Origin: an uncultured archaeon
GTDB lineage: Archaea; Asgardarchaeota; Thorarchaeia; Thorarchaeales; Thorarchaeaceae
Direction: 5' to 3'
Length of the DNA: 64,000 nucleotides
Assembly: GCA_964558645.1 (NCBI GenBank)
Contig: CAZLEV010000007.1
Span: 1-64,000 of the forward strand
The translations under genes and the position numbers were made by a program. The notes below the pieces were generated by a model. The model was not told where the DNA came from. It saw only the letters and a list, made by a program, of their open reading frames with translations, and did not search any database. Shown here in pieces: positions 45,344 through 56,011 of the stretch; within the stretch, counting starts at the first letter, position 1, and the number at the start of each line of letters is the position of its first letter.

Positions 45344-47020
45344 TTAGTCCTCTTGTTCTCTGAGTTCTCTTCTGAGCACCTTGCCCACAGAAGTCTTCGG
45401 TAGGGTATCAACTATCTCGAGATCCGTGGGAACCTTGTAAACCGCCATCTTCTCCTTGCAGAAAGATCTGAGATCTTCAAGGGTCAGGTCTTGTCCCTCA
45501 TCGAGAACCACAAACGCCTTGACAGTTTCTCCTCTCACTTCGTCTGGAACCCCAACAACAGCAGCCTCTCTGATCTTCGGATGTTCGAAGAGCACTTCTT
45601 CGACATCTCTTGGCCAAACCTTGTAACCGCTCGCATTGATTAGATCCTTCTTCCGATCGACTATGTACGTCCATCCGTCCTCATCCATTTTTGCGATGTC
45701 ACCGGTGAACAGCCAGCCATCCTTGGTCAGAACATCGGCAGTCTCATCGGGACGGTTGTGATATCCTTGCATGACCTGTGGACCCTTAACCGAAAGCTCG
45801 CCTACTTCACCGGGGGGGAGCACCTTGCTTCGGTCGTCAAGGTCAACAATCCTACTGTCTGTGCTCGGAAAAGGTAGCCCGATTGAACCTATCTTTCTCA
45901 ATTCCTTGTCAAGCGGATTGGCGTGTGTTACTGGTGAAGCTTCGGACAGTCCATATCCTTCAACAATCATTGAATTCGTCGCCGCTTCGAACTTTCGTGT
46001 TACCTCTGCAGGTAGGGCCATCGCCCCGGCAATTGACAGCTTCAACGATGTGATATCATACTTCTCCACATGTTCGCTAGAGTAGATTGCGATAGCAAGT
46101 GTGGCAACGATGGGGAAGAAGGTCGGCTTGAGCTTGTCAATAAGCTCCAGCAGATGCTTGATATTACGAGGGTCGGGAACAAGAATCATCCCGCAACCCC
46201 AGGACATGGCCAGATTCATGGAAACGGTCTGTCCGAAGATGTGCTGAAGCGGCAGAGCCGCAACAAACAGCTCCTTTCCTCGCTCCGCCATCCAATCCAT
46301 CCACGCACCGCACTGCGCGCAGTTCGCTTTCAAGTTATCATGCGTCAGCATTGCAGCCTTTGGAATTCCTGTTGTACCTCCCGTGAACTGATAGACTGCA
46401 ATATGCTTGGACGGGTCAATCTCCACTTTTGGCGGGATGGGCTCTGTGTTCTCAAGGAAGTCAAGCCATTCAATATCTCCCTCAACAAGGGGTGGCACGT
46501 CCTTCATTTGCTTTCGGTATACTAGCTTTGCTGCTAGGAATCTCTTGATAGCGCTCATGTGATCCCATGCAGCAGTGACTATGACGTTGTCCAGATTGCT
46601 CTCTTCTCTTACCGCATTAACAACCTTGTAGAAGTAGTTGAGCGTGACAATCGTCTTTGCGGCCGTGTCCTGGAGGTATATCCTAAGCTCCTTGGGCATA
46701 CTCAAAGGGTTCACCGGTGTCACCGTTGCCCCCGTTTTCAGGGCACCGAAGTACGCAATGACGAACTGGGGGCAGTTAGGAAGCATGATCGCGACGACAT
46801 CTCCTTTCTTGACCCCAAGTTTGGTGAAGCCATTTGCGGCTCGATCAACGAGTTCACCTACTTCGCGGTAGGTTATCTCCAGTCCTTCATAATAAAGCGC
46901 CACATTCTCCGGAAAGTCGCGTATTGCGTCATCAAGCTGACTCCAGAGTGGTCTTTCATCAATTTCAATCTCCGCTGGAGTTCCTCCAACGTAGTGTTTG
47001 TGCCATGGTCTTTCTTCCAT
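45344..47020 (-). CDS. Long-chain-fatty-acid--CoA ligase (FadD/LcfA family)
   Basis: YQFTGGTTGIPKAA, EGYGLSEASP, GPQVMQGY, WLFTGD, DRKKDLI, LPKTSVGKVLRR. Confidence 0.92.
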   Translation of the reverse strand: MEERPWHKHYVGGTPAEIEIDERPLWSQLDDAIRDFPENVALYYEGLEITYREVGELVDRAANGFTKLGVKKGDVVAIMLPNCPQFVIAYFGALKTGATVTPVNPLSMPKELRIYLQDTAAKTIVTLNYFYKVVNAVREESNLDNVIVTAAWDHMSAIKRFLAAKLVYRKQMKDVPPLVEGDIEWLDFLENTEPIPPKVEIDPSKHIAVYQFTGGTTGIPKAAMLTHDNLKANCAQCGAWMDWMAERGKELFVAALPLQHIFGQTVSMNLAMSWGCGMILVPDPRNIKHLLELIDKLKPTFFPIVATLAIAIYSSEHVEKYDITSLKLSIAGAMALPAEVTRKFEAATNSMIVEGYGLSEASPVTHANPLDKELRKIGSIGLPFPSTDSRIVDLDDRSKVLPPGEVGELSVKGPQVMQGYHNRPDETADVLTKDGWLFTGDIAKMDEDGWTYIVDRKKDLINASGYKVWPRDVEEVLFEHPKIREAAVVGVPDEVRGETVKAFVVLDEGQDLTLEDLRSFCKEKMAVYKVPTDLEIVDTLPKTSVGKVLRRELREQED

Positions 47021-47193
47021 TGTATGTCTCTCCTCATCCTAGAGGTTGTGAACCTTAATAGCCGACCATTGGTTGCAGCTTGTTTTATTCCTTTTGGATG
47101 AGAGTGATGGGAGAATCGGGTAGGATTTGAGGGTCACTTACTGGACCCAAAAACCCCCTTCTATGTGACCCCGTCAGTTAGATTTGACAGACA

Positions 47194-48393
47194 CTAGCAC
47201 GTTAGTGCTTCTCGTAGACAGACCCAGAGGATCCGTGCAACAAGGCGTTTCGCGTCAGGTGCTGAATCTTTGGATTCAGCCATGGATAGTGCCACAATCT
47301 CTTGGATCTTCTCGTCGCGCTTACCTATCTCAAAGAGAAGGTCTGTATACGGGCTCGTTAGAATCTTTTGGATTTTGACCATTTGATTCATCGATCTACC
47401 GAAGTCCTTCCACCACAGGTCCTGATATTCTGATAACATGTCAGCTGACAGATCATTTGACTCGAGAGCATTGCAAATAACCTGGGCACCATATCTTGCT
47501 GCATGCATCGCATAGGAGATTCCTCCGCCGGTGATGGGGTTGACAAAACCTGCGGAGTCCCCTATGAGGATGCATCTATCTGTATATGTCCTCTCAAGAG
47601 TACCGCCAGTTGGCACAAGTGCCCCTTTGGCACCAGACAGATTGGGGGCGCTTCCCACCATGCCTTGACTCACTAGATATCTAACAAAACGATTGAATTG
47701 CGAACGAAGGCCTGAAGCATGCGTAGCGACAACACCCAGTCCAATATTCACTGTGCTTCTCTTTGGAAATACCCACGCATATCCTGGCCGCCCTTCTAGG
47801 TTCGCGTAGAAATGGTATTCTCTTTCGCTTCCATAGATGCTGTCGATTTGATTTGCTGCCATGGGTATCTCTGCTACGCGACATGGTGTGACCGCATTAT
47901 GTGCCCATTTCCTATGTAATCCCGTGGTTCTTGCAGTTACGCTGTTAATTCCGTCTGCACCAACCACCACTCTGGATTTGACTGTATTTCCTGGCGATAA
48001 CTTGATTGTTGCACCATCGTGATTAATGTCCACAGCTTTGGCCCGCGTTCTGAATGTTAGTTCCGTCCCAGCAGCTATTGCTTCCTCTACCAGAGCATTG
48101 TCGAAGACAGTACGGCGCGTAACAGCCATCTCGACGTTGCCACGGAGCATGACTCTCCGATTTGGTGAGTGGATCACACCAACCTTGCAGATCTCCTCAA
48201 TGATATCTTGTTCGTGCTTCTTCAAGTACGGGAACTCATCCAGGAGATTGTACGAGAACCCGCCCCCACAAGGCTTGTCTCGGGGAAATTCGTGACGATC
48301 TAAGAGTAGGACTGAGCAACCTTTCTCAGCCAAGTAGCGAGCACAGGTTGAGCCTGCGGGTCCAGCTCCGATAATAGCACAATCATAGATCAT
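47194..48393 (-). CDS. Geranylgeranyl reductase-family FAD oxidoreductase
   Basis: GAGPAG, PRDKPCGG, GADG, GYAWVFPK, GDSAGFVNPITGGGI; start at MIYDCA. Confidence 0.88.
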   Translation of the reverse strand: MIYDCAIIGAGPAGSTCARYLAEKGCSVLLLDRHEFPRDKPCGGGFSYNLLDEFPYLKKHEQDIIEEICKVGVIHSPNRRVMLRGNVEMAVTRRTVFDNALVEEAIAAGTELTFRTRAKAVDINHDGATIKLSPGNTVKSRVVVGADGINSVTARTTGLHRKWAHNAVTPCRVAEIPMAANQIDSIYGSEREYHFYANLEGRPGYAWVFPKRSTVNIGLGVVATHASGLRSQFNRFVRYLVSQGMVGSAPNLSGAKGALVPTGGTLERTYTDRCILIGDSAGFVNPITGGGISYAMHAARYGAQVICNALESNDLSADMLSEYQDLWWKDFGRSMNQMVKIQKILTSPYTDLLFEIGKRDEKIQEIVALSMAESKDSAPDAKRLVARILWVCLREALTC

Positions 48394-48495
48394 TGTACTC
48401 CTCAGGGTCGATAGTCCTACCAACTTGTTCTTATCGGTTCAAGCGAAGAACCGACAAGCAAAAGCCATTAAGCAGGCAATAGGGGCTGAGAGAAC

Positions 48496-50148
48496 ATGAA
48501 AGAGGATTCACAAGAGGGCGATGAGCCAGGTGGCATTGTAGCAAGCCTTCGGACATCGATAGCCCGCTGTAGTAGAAAACATGTGAGTCTACAGAAGTTC
48601 ATAAGGAGTGAGCCCAACCTCTCTGCTATCCTCAAGATTCTTGTCTGCTCGGTCATGTTCGCTGATATAGTTCTCATGACCTATGCTCTTCTAGCTGTTA
48701 CGTATAGAGCCACCAGCCTTGGCTTGTCACTTATAGACTCACTCCCCTTGGCATTCTATGCTTTGCCGTTACTCGTGTTTCTCCCTTCGATGCTGAAGGC
48801 ATACTATAATTCCCGTAGCGGCATCGTACCTCTTGTTATCTTCACGATCGCAGGAGTCATATTCATTCTGATTGCGCCTATCCAGTCTGTGTTCTATTTG
48901 ATGTCAGCACTGAATATGATTGCCATTGTAGTCGTCTTTATGGATGGACGCCTTCGACCCCAGGGAAGCGTCCGTTCACTGGGAAAGAGAACAGTGGGTT
49001 ATATCGTATTGCTCAATCTTATCGGATTGGTCTTTCCCGCTTCAGTGTATATTATGGGTCAGACACCGATTGCCACCGGATCGTTGGATCAGATGCCTGA
49101 AGTATACATGACCGTGCCAACGGCCTCTATAGAGTACACATCCGAATCCATTCTCCCGAGCGGTGACTTGCTCCAAGCTTTGCAGGATACGGGGTTTGGA
49201 GTCGATATTCAATACCTTATTGGTAACAACGATTCGCTTCAACAAGCAACAGCATGGCTGGTCGAGGTTAGCAACGCCACCATACCTCTAAGGGTGTCCC
49301 TACACAGCAACAGAACATCGTATCTCGTCGATAGCAGCAGTCTTGGCGATCAAAATATACACTCTCAGGTATATTCCAATTTGAGACAGGGTGCACAGAC
49401 AGTTCTAGAACTTATCTCGACTCTTGGAATAGAGAATTCATCGATTCAACTTCTGGCGGATCTGCGGATGTCAGAGTCAGAGTGGGCTACTTTCTTTGAT
49501 CCGATACGCTCGCTGAATCTCGGAGAATTCAGTCACCTGGTAGAACATGCAATAAGTGGTATCAACCAGAGTGCTCTTGAAGTCTACTTCTTAGGTCTCA
49601 AGGAGGTTGTTTCTGGCGCTGGATTGTCATTTGGGCTTCTTGTGGATTCATTTGTGATTGATGACTTCTCGGACAACGATGCAACCTTGATGCTGACTGA
49701 TGGAGTGACTCCCTCCATCCTCAGAGATGTAGACTTTCTTGAGATCGACATCATGAGAAGCAAGTTCTCACTGGAGATGGACGGAGATGTTGGTGAGTAT
49801 CTGGTACACTCATACTCAAGGTCTGCAAGAGCTCTCACAGAATCCGGAATAGAATGTGGCTGCAGGCTGGGTCTTGTCGGGGCAGTTCTAGACATCCAAG
49901 AACGTGCTAATCCTGTCTATCAGACAGTTGAGGCTATCGCCCGCGACGTGGTGATATGTTCCGGCAACGTAGCTACCAGTGTAGCCATCGCTTCCCTTGA
50001 GTCACTTATGAGAAACGAGGGTGTTGATTCAGTGGCGAATCTCAGAGATGCAATTCTTGACGTAGGCGAGCAATCGGTGACATACACATTCAGGATATAT
50101 GCCTTCCGCGCAGTAGTCTTTGCAATCGATTCATTTCGGATTACTTAG
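48496..50148 (+). CDS. Hypothetical membrane protein with large soluble domain
   Basis: About 5 TM helices in the first ~190 aa, then an alpha/beta soluble domain. Confidence 0.65.
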   Translation: MKEDSQEGDEPGGIVASLRTSIARCSRKHVSLQKFIRSEPNLSAILKILVCSVMFADIVLMTYALLAVTYRATSLGLSLIDSLPLAFYALPLLVFLPSMLKAYYNSRSGIVPLVIFTIAGVIFILIAPIQSVFYLMSALNMIAIVVVFMDGRLRPQGSVRSLGKRTVGYIVLLNLIGLVFPASVYIMGQTPIATGSLDQMPEVYMTVPTASIEYTSESILPSGDLLQALQDTGFGVDIQYLIGNNDSLQQATAWLVEVSNATIPLRVSLHSNRTSYLVDSSSLGDQNIHSQVYSNLRQGAQTVLELISTLGIENSSIQLLADLRMSESEWATFFDPIRSLNLGEFSHLVEHAISGINQSALEVYFLGLKEVVSGAGLSFGLLVDSFVIDDFSDNDATLMLTDGVTPSILRDVDFLEIDIMRSKFSLEMDGDVGEYLVHSYSRSARALTESGIECGCRLGLVGAVLDIQERANPVYQTVEAIARDVVICSGNVATSVAIASLESLMRNEGVDSVANLRDAILDVGEQSVTYTFRIYAFRAVVFAIDSFRIT

Positions 50149-51055
50149 GCGGTCTTACGTAGACCTCAAACACTCCGGACCAAATCTCGCTGCCAGGCGC
50201 AATCTTGATCAGAAGGTCGTTTCCCACATTGATGCCAAGCGGCTTTGCGTCACTGCGTTTCCAGATGTCTGAGAAGATGACCGAGTGTATCCTATTCTGG
50301 AAGTCTTCACCTATACGCGACATCATTTCATCCATGAATGCCTCATCGATTCCGAGGCTCTCCATGTTGATACCTACCTTGAACAGCCTCTCTTCGCTTA
50401 CAGCTCCGATCTTCTTGTCAAACGTGTAACCGATACCACCAGTGAGATGAAACACGCCGTGTTGAACTCGCGGTTCTTCATCTACAATCAGGAGGTCTCC
50501 GCCAGTGAGGATAACATATTCAGGTTCTGCCATAAGGAAAGGTATCGATGCGGCTTCAATTGAAACTTCGTCCATTCTTAGAGTCTTGGTAAGAAAGTCG
50601 TTCAGTGTGGTCATCTTCCTGTCAAATCTGAAGGCGGAGAAGTCTCCGAAATGAACGACATTTCGTGCTTTCCTGATGAAAACATCGAGGATTCTCTGGG
50701 CTTTCCTCATGAATCTCCTTCGCTCCTCAACTGTTTCACAAAGTTCGCCTGCAGAGATGACAACTCTAAGGTACTGCAGACCCTTGACGTTCGAGATGAT
50801 TGTACGGCTGAGATAGGTCTTCTGCTGTGCCTCAAGTAGACCCTCATGCTTCGATATCTCAGGATTAATAGGGTCACTGATATGCACTTGCTTTGGATTT
50901 TTCTCCCTGCGAGACTTGAAGAATACTCCGATGTCTAGACCCAAGTCTGGAATATCGGTGAATTGACGGACAAATGACCCCTCTGGTACGATCTCCTTTG
51001 CTTGGGCCTTTCGATAAATCTCCGTATACTTTGAGAACAAGTCGGACCTTGACAT
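50141..51055 (-). CDS. Hypothetical protein
   Basis: 304-aa ORF with globular composition; no motif recognised. Confidence 0.6.
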   Translation of the reverse strand: MSRSDLFSKYTEIYRKAQAKEIVPEGSFVRQFTDIPDLGLDIGVFFKSRREKNPKQVHISDPINPEISKHEGLLEAQQKTYLSRTIISNVKGLQYLRVVISAGELCETVEERRRFMRKAQRILDVFIRKARNVVHFGDFSAFRFDRKMTTLNDFLTKTLRMDEVSIEAASIPFLMAEPEYVILTGGDLLIVDEEPRVQHGVFHLTGGIGYTFDKKIGAVSEERLFKVGINMESLGIDEAFMDEMMSRIGEDFQNRIHSVIFSDIWKRSDAKPLGINVGNDLLIKIAPGSEIWSGVFEVYVRPPK

Positions 51056-51221
51056 GGAATTCGCCTACCTTGCTCTGATGTATTCTGTTTCTATTATCTC
51101 TTAGGGTGCTAGGCTTGAAGGATTGATTTGATCCTGTACCTTGTCATAGATGAGCACAGTCCACAATTTATAAAGGACACAGAGGTGTCAAAAGTATCTG
51201 CTACCAAGGGAGTGCATAGGA

Positions 51222-51518
51222 TTGGAACGTAGAAGCAAAGGTTCGGTACTGCTAATAGCAGGTGTGGTCGTCTTCATATTGTCAGTCTTCTTTCTTCTCC
51301 CATTACCTGGACTATACCTTCCCGCTCTGACTACAATGTTTCTCGGCGTTGTCTTGATTGGAATCGGCAGCGCGATGGTCAAGGAATTTGACAGTACTCT
51401 TGATCAACCGGAAGAGGATTGCTATTACTGTGGAGGTCTGGGTAAGATTGAAGGTCCTGATGGATATCAGACCTGTCCAAGATGTGGTGGCACCGGTTTG
51501 GCTCGACCGGATGACTGA
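51222..51518 (+). CDS. Small membrane protein with DnaJ-type CxxCxGxG zinc finger
   Basis: Two TM helices, then CYYCGGLG...CPRCGGTG; TATA-like TTTATAAA near 51167. Confidence 0.75.
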   Translation: MERRSKGSVLLIAGVVVFILSVFFLLPLPGLYLPALTTMFLGVVLIGIGSAMVKEFDSTLDQPEEDCYYCGGLGKIEGPDGYQTCPRCGGTGLARPDD

Positions 51519-51548
51519 CCATAAGAGCAAGCAGATCAGGCATGTCTA

Positions 51549-52274
51549 GTGGATGAGGGTATGATGTGGGAAAAGAAACTAGTCATTGGACATCGAGGAG
51601 CGGCAGCATACGCCCCGGAGAACACGCTTCTCTCCTTTCAAACTGCGGTAGACATGGGTGCTGACATGGTCGAACTTGATGTTCAAAGAACCGCTGACGG
51701 GCAGTTAGTATGCGTCCACGATTACGATTTGACTCGACTCTGCAAGTGTGAGGACCTCATTTCGGAGATGGACTACGACGATCTTGTTTCCTGTGACCTT
51801 GGAGATGGGCAGCACATACCTCTGCTGAGAAATGTACTGGAAACCATGAGAGGCAGGGCCGGAGTGAACATTGAGATCAAGGTCCCCGAGATAGAATCGG
51901 AGGTTGCTATTCTTCTAGATGATTCTGACATGTCTTCGCACGTTGTCGTTTCTTCGTTTCTTCATGAGGTCTTGGCAACATTTCGAGAGATCGATGATAT
52001 AACACGAACTGGGGTGCTGTTCAAAGAACCTATGAATGACGCAGCATCTTATGCCAAAGAGCTCGGAGCTAATTGTCTTCACCCTTTGTTCTTCACAATC
52101 GAGCAGGATCTTGTCCACGAGGCGCACGAGGAGGGTCTCTTGGTTTTCCCCTGGACAGTGAATGATGCTGACATGATGCTCGGATTGTGGGAAATGGGCG
52201 TTGATGGGCTGATTACTGACTACCCCGACCTAGGGGTTGAATCTCGGAAGCAGTTTCTGGCTAAGAGGGGCTAG
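51549..52274 (+). CDS. Glycerophosphodiester phosphodiesterase (GlpQ/UgpQ family)
   Basis: IGHRGA..APENT, VELDV..TADG..VCVHD, NIEIK, WTVND, GVDGLITDYP. Confidence 0.92.
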   Translation: MDEGMMWEKKLVIGHRGAAAYAPENTLLSFQTAVDMGADMVELDVQRTADGQLVCVHDYDLTRLCKCEDLISEMDYDDLVSCDLGDGQHIPLLRNVLETMRGRAGVNIEIKVPEIESEVAILLDDSDMSSHVVVSSFLHEVLATFREIDDITRTGVLFKEPMNDAASYAKELGANCLHPLFFTIEQDLVHEAHEEGLLVFPWTVNDADMMLGLWEMGVDGLITDYPDLGVESRKQFLAKRG

Positions 52275-53019
52275 TTGTTCCAACAACCTCTCTCACAAAA
52301 TCGAGAATCATTGGGTATGCCTGATGTCGAGTTCGATGGCATGTAAGCACATGCTCAGCCCCAGCAACAAGCCTGAGTTTCTTGTAGTCTGATGATATTC
52401 CATTGAATACGAGTTCAGCTCCACGTGGGTCTACTGTCTTATCTTCTCCTGACTGCAGAATCAGAGCCGGACAGTCAACTTCACTCAGTTCTTCTCTCAC
52501 TTCCTTGGCAAGGACAAGAAGCTCTTCGATTGAAACCAACGGGTCTCGATCATACTTGAACCTCATAACAGCATACATCTCGGGCATCTTTGTGAGATCC
52601 ACTTTGCGATACGGTATGAAGTGTTTCAGAACCGGTATTAGTCTTGCCAAGAAACCTCCAAATTTGATTGCAGGCGAGATAGGAATGATACCATCGATTC
52701 CTTCTTCTCTTGCCGCTAATGCAAGTGTCAGAAGTCCTCCCATAGAGAGTCCTGAAACAAAGGTGGCTTCATTCTTCCAGCTTAGAACATATTCAAGTCC
52801 TTCTCTTGCCGAATCATACCAGTTATGCCGATTTGTCTCGGCCAGATCCTCAGGGCTGGTGCCATGTCCTGCAATACCCACAGAGAAAGAAGCAAGGTTG
52901 TTTTCCTCTAGGTATTCTCCCAGTGTTTCAAGCTCGTCGACGTGTGCAGCAAAGCCATGAATGAGAAGGAAGGCAATGCGGGCTCCGTTCGGTCTTCTTT
53001 CGAAGCCCGAGGGAACCAC
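52261..53019 (-). CDS. Alpha/beta-hydrolase carboxylesterase / monoacylglycerol lipase-like
   Basis: LLIHGF, GHGT, nucleophile motif GLSMGG, D (EDKTV) and H (AEHV) completing the triad. Confidence 0.88.
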   Translation of the reverse strand: MVPSGFERRPNGARIAFLLIHGFAAHVDELETLGEYLEENNLASFSVGIAGHGTSPEDLAETNRHNWYDSAREGLEYVLSWKNEATFVSGLSMGGLLTLALAAREEGIDGIIPISPAIKFGGFLARLIPVLKHFIPYRKVDLTKMPEMYAVMRFKYDRDPLVSIEELLVLAKEVREELSEVDCPALILQSGEDKTVDPRGAELVFNGISSDYKKLRLVAGAEHVLTCHRTRHQAYPMILDFVREVVGTTSPS

Positions 53020-53048
53020 GCTTTTTCCGCCGCCTCTTTGTAAGGATG

Positions 53049-55037
53049 CTACTCCACCATTTCAGTTGGTTTCGTGTACTTGAAACCACCCTTTATCATG
53101 CCTAATCTTATACCTGCAGAGAACCAGGCCAACGTAAGGCATATCTCAAGGCCAACAATCAATGTGACCAGTATGGTGATGACATTGGCCACAACAGTCG
53201 CGGGTGGAAATCCTGAGAATACGATGAACGATACAAGGGCAACAGCCGCGCCAAATACCAGTCCGGCACTAGCAGATACCCTGATGAAGTTGCCTTCCAG
53301 CTCGTGGCCTTCCTGCAAAATCCGATTGCCCAGGTTCAGGTTAAGCGATATGACCAGTACGAAGCTAATCGTATAGAGCGCGAAAGTGATTGCTGCAGCC
53401 GTCAGTGCTTGATGGGTCACATCAAAGTTCCCTGCGATGATTACCAACAGAAGCGCAAAGAGGGTGGTGATTCCTCTGATTACTCCCGCGCTTGAGGATT
53501 TCTCCCCGTAGCTATAACCGACAACCGCGAAGTTCCTCACTAGGAGTGTGAGGACGACTATCGCCATGATGCTAGGTGCTTGAGCTGTAATCGATATGCC
53601 TTGGAACAGTGTTACATTGAACCAGCGATTCGCAGGCCAAATGGCTGCGGGTCCACTGCCGAACCCTCCCAGCATGAACAGGACGAAAGCTAGTGATGAT
53701 CCTATCGTGACCAAAACAGTGAGAAGTGTTTGCGAGAAGGCAGTCTGTCCCCGAACCTTGGTTTCAATCGTAAGGGCTGTCTGCGTGATAATTACAAGAA
53801 TCCACGGTATCGTCACCATGAATGCCAAGGAGTGTGGCGTAAGAACCATAAAGACACCAGCGATGACCATCGGCAGACCGGTAATAATATCGTTAGCGCC
53901 CATATAGACAGCTCCCATGAGAATTACAACTGCAGCCGGGCAGATAGTGAGGAAGATAGTATATCCTGCAGCACCACTCGTGAGGGTGCTAGCCTGCGAG
54001 GCCGCCCAGACGCCGAAGATGGCAAGAAACAGCATAAAGTATTTCTCACCACCAGCGACGATGTCCTCTCGTACCACTGCTTCCTTGAGTTCTTTGGAGC
54101 CGAGTCTCGGACCGAGCATCACCCAAATGATCATCATGGATAGTAAAGCCTGTACAGCCCAAGGTGGAGTATCCAGAACCATCGTATTACGGAGTGTATT
54201 GACCACGGAAGTATTCCATGGGTACCAGACTGCTGTTCCTTCAATCGTCCCGATGGGACCGAAGAAGACTGCAACGGTCCCAATGAGAAATGTGAGCAGC
54301 CCTGTGAGGCCGAAGGCAAACTTGCCGGCATCACTGCTTCTAGCGAACTCTCTGACATGGCCAACGGGTGCTCTCCAGAACAGTATCACCCCTATCTGTC
54401 CAAGTAGTAGAAGAACAAATGCCAGGACGATACCTATACCGTAGAAACCCGGAAGAGCGAAAGATATCGCCATAATTGGAAGAAAGAGTCCATTGCCAAG
54501 GCCGGCCAGTACGCCTAGGTATGACTTGGTTGAATCCATGTAGACCGAGCTAGCCAATTGCCACGTAATCACAAAAATCGGTCCGGCAACAGCAAAGCCA
54601 GCAGCGTAGATTCTGACTTGAGATGCAGATTCAGGATTGACGGTGAATCCTGCGCCGTACGTATACGCGGCAAACGCAGCGCCAAAAATGGCAAGATACA
54701 TCAGATTAGGAAGGGCAGACTCAAGTCTGGTCCCGAGTTCTCTTATGCCTCGTGTCTGGATAAGTACACTGACTGCGAGGAGAGCGACGAAGAGCGTCGA
54801 AAGCACATAAGACGGCGGATTGTTCATGATCTGTACTCCTTGGAATGGCAGCTGCAAAGCAGAACCGAGAGGAAGCAAATCGGTAGCCAAGAATGCCCCA
54901 AGACCCAAGAGAGCAGCTATTACTCCTAAGAACCCACCCAGAGATGCCTTAGTGCTCAAGGGCTGAAAGCTTTGCCCCTCAGCTGTTTCTTGGGTGAGTG
55001 CAGACTTCATAGTTGACATTGTTTCTGCCATAAGCAA
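53049..55037 (-). CDS. Hypothetical polytopic membrane protein (over 15 TM helices)
   Basis: Almost entirely hydrophobic helices over 662 aa; no family motif recognised. Confidence 0.7.
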   Translation of the reverse strand: MLMAETMSTMKSALTQETAEGQSFQPLSTKASLGGFLGVIAALLGLGAFLATDLLPLGSALQLPFQGVQIMNNPPSYVLSTLFVALLAVSVLIQTRGIRELGTRLESALPNLMYLAIFGAAFAAYTYGAGFTVNPESASQVRIYAAGFAVAGPIFVITWQLASSVYMDSTKSYLGVLAGLGNGLFLPIMAISFALPGFYGIGIVLAFVLLLLGQIGVILFWRAPVGHVREFARSSDAGKFAFGLTGLLTFLIGTVAVFFGPIGTIEGTAVWYPWNTSVVNTLRNTMVLDTPPWAVQALLSMMIIWVMLGPRLGSKELKEAVVREDIVAGGEKYFMLFLAIFGVWAASQASTLTSGAAGYTIFLTICPAAVVILMGAVYMGANDIITGLPMVIAGVFMVLTPHSLAFMVTIPWILVIITQTALTIETKVRGQTAFSQTLLTVLVTIGSSLAFVLFMLGGFGSGPAAIWPANRWFNVTLFQGISITAQAPSIMAIVVLTLLVRNFAVVGYSYGEKSSSAGVIRGITTLFALLLVIIAGNFDVTHQALTAAAITFALYTISFVLVISLNLNLGNRILQEGHELEGNFIRVSASAGLVFGAAVALVSFIVFSGFPPATVVANVITILVTLIVGLEICLTLAWFSAGIRLGMIKGGFKYTKPTEMVE

Positions 55038-55180
55038 ATCCTCACTAGAATGGTCTCACAACGAGTTCGCATGAAATCAGGCACTATAAAACCGTATCGG
55101 AGTACGCGGGACCTGTTGTGTCCTCAAGTGTACTTCTGACTCTTTGAAGTCACCAAAGCGTTCAATTCGCTGAATGAGAT

Positions 55181-56011
55181 CTATAGCTGCTCACGATTCA
55201 GAAGTGGTGTATCGATGCGTAATCCTGGTCGAGGAAGCGAACAGGTATAGACTTGGTCCACAACAATGCACGCTGTGCTGTTGTCTATTGGCTTGAATTC
55301 TCCCTTGACTTGGAAAGCGGCAGGTTCTTGCGTCACTAAAGAAACGGCGACTCTTTGACCGTCAGGTAGGTTGATTCTTCGATTCCTCTCTTCACTCCTA
55401 TCTACGACGAGGAGGTTCTCAGAAACTGGGAGCATGCCAAAGGCAGGAATTGCCCTAGGAAATCCAGATTCATCGACATATGCAAGAGTCTTCACAGAGG
55501 TCATCGTATCAAAACGGTTTAAGACAGGCGGTGGCATCTTCGCTTTGCCTGTGGAGAAGTCATCCACCTTCCTCCTTGCAAGCCGAGCCTTAAGGTACGT
55601 CTTCAAGACAGACAACTTAGAGATGTGCCTCTTCTCACTTGCCCAGACAGCCTCAGCAAGCCCTGCTCCACGAACGTTCGTATACTGGTTGTATCGAAAT
55701 AAAGGGGTCATTGCCATGAACTCATAGATCTCGTCACCAACATGGTACGAATCAAACTTGGCATCAATGTTCCAGTAATCAAGGTTCATCTTGAGAACTA
55801 ACAGCCCAATCTGCCCATGGCCTGCCTCCAAGTTCCTTCTTGTCTTGTGACCCATGAAATCACCGTAGACCAGCTGATTCCCTTCGTATGCAGTCCATGT
55901 CATAACTAAGGCAGAGTTTGGTTCTTCCTCTTTGTTCTTTGTTATCATGAATTTCGGAGTTTCAAACACGCAAAGTGCTTCTTCGAGTTCAGTGCTGAGT
56001 GTCTTATCCAC
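55181..56011 (-). CDS. Tandem pyridoxamine-5'-phosphate-oxidase-like (split-barrel) protein
   Basis: Two related modules 'KFMITKNKEEEPNSAL...KTRRNL' and 'KTLAYVDESGFPRAI...FQVKG'; coupled to the activating-enzyme gene. Confidence 0.6.
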   Translation of the reverse strand: MDKTLSTELEEALCVFETPKFMITKNKEEEPNSALVMTWTAYEGNQLVYGDFMGHKTRRNLEAGHGQIGLLVLKMNLDYWNIDAKFDSYHVGDEIYEFMAMTPLFRYNQYTNVRGAGLAEAVWASEKRHISKLSVLKTYLKARLARRKVDDFSTGKAKMPPPVLNRFDTMTSVKTLAYVDESGFPRAIPAFGMLPVSENLLVVDRSEERNRRINLPDGQRVAVSLVTQEPAAFQVKGEFKPIDNSTACIVVDQVYTCSLPRPGLRIDTPLLNREQL

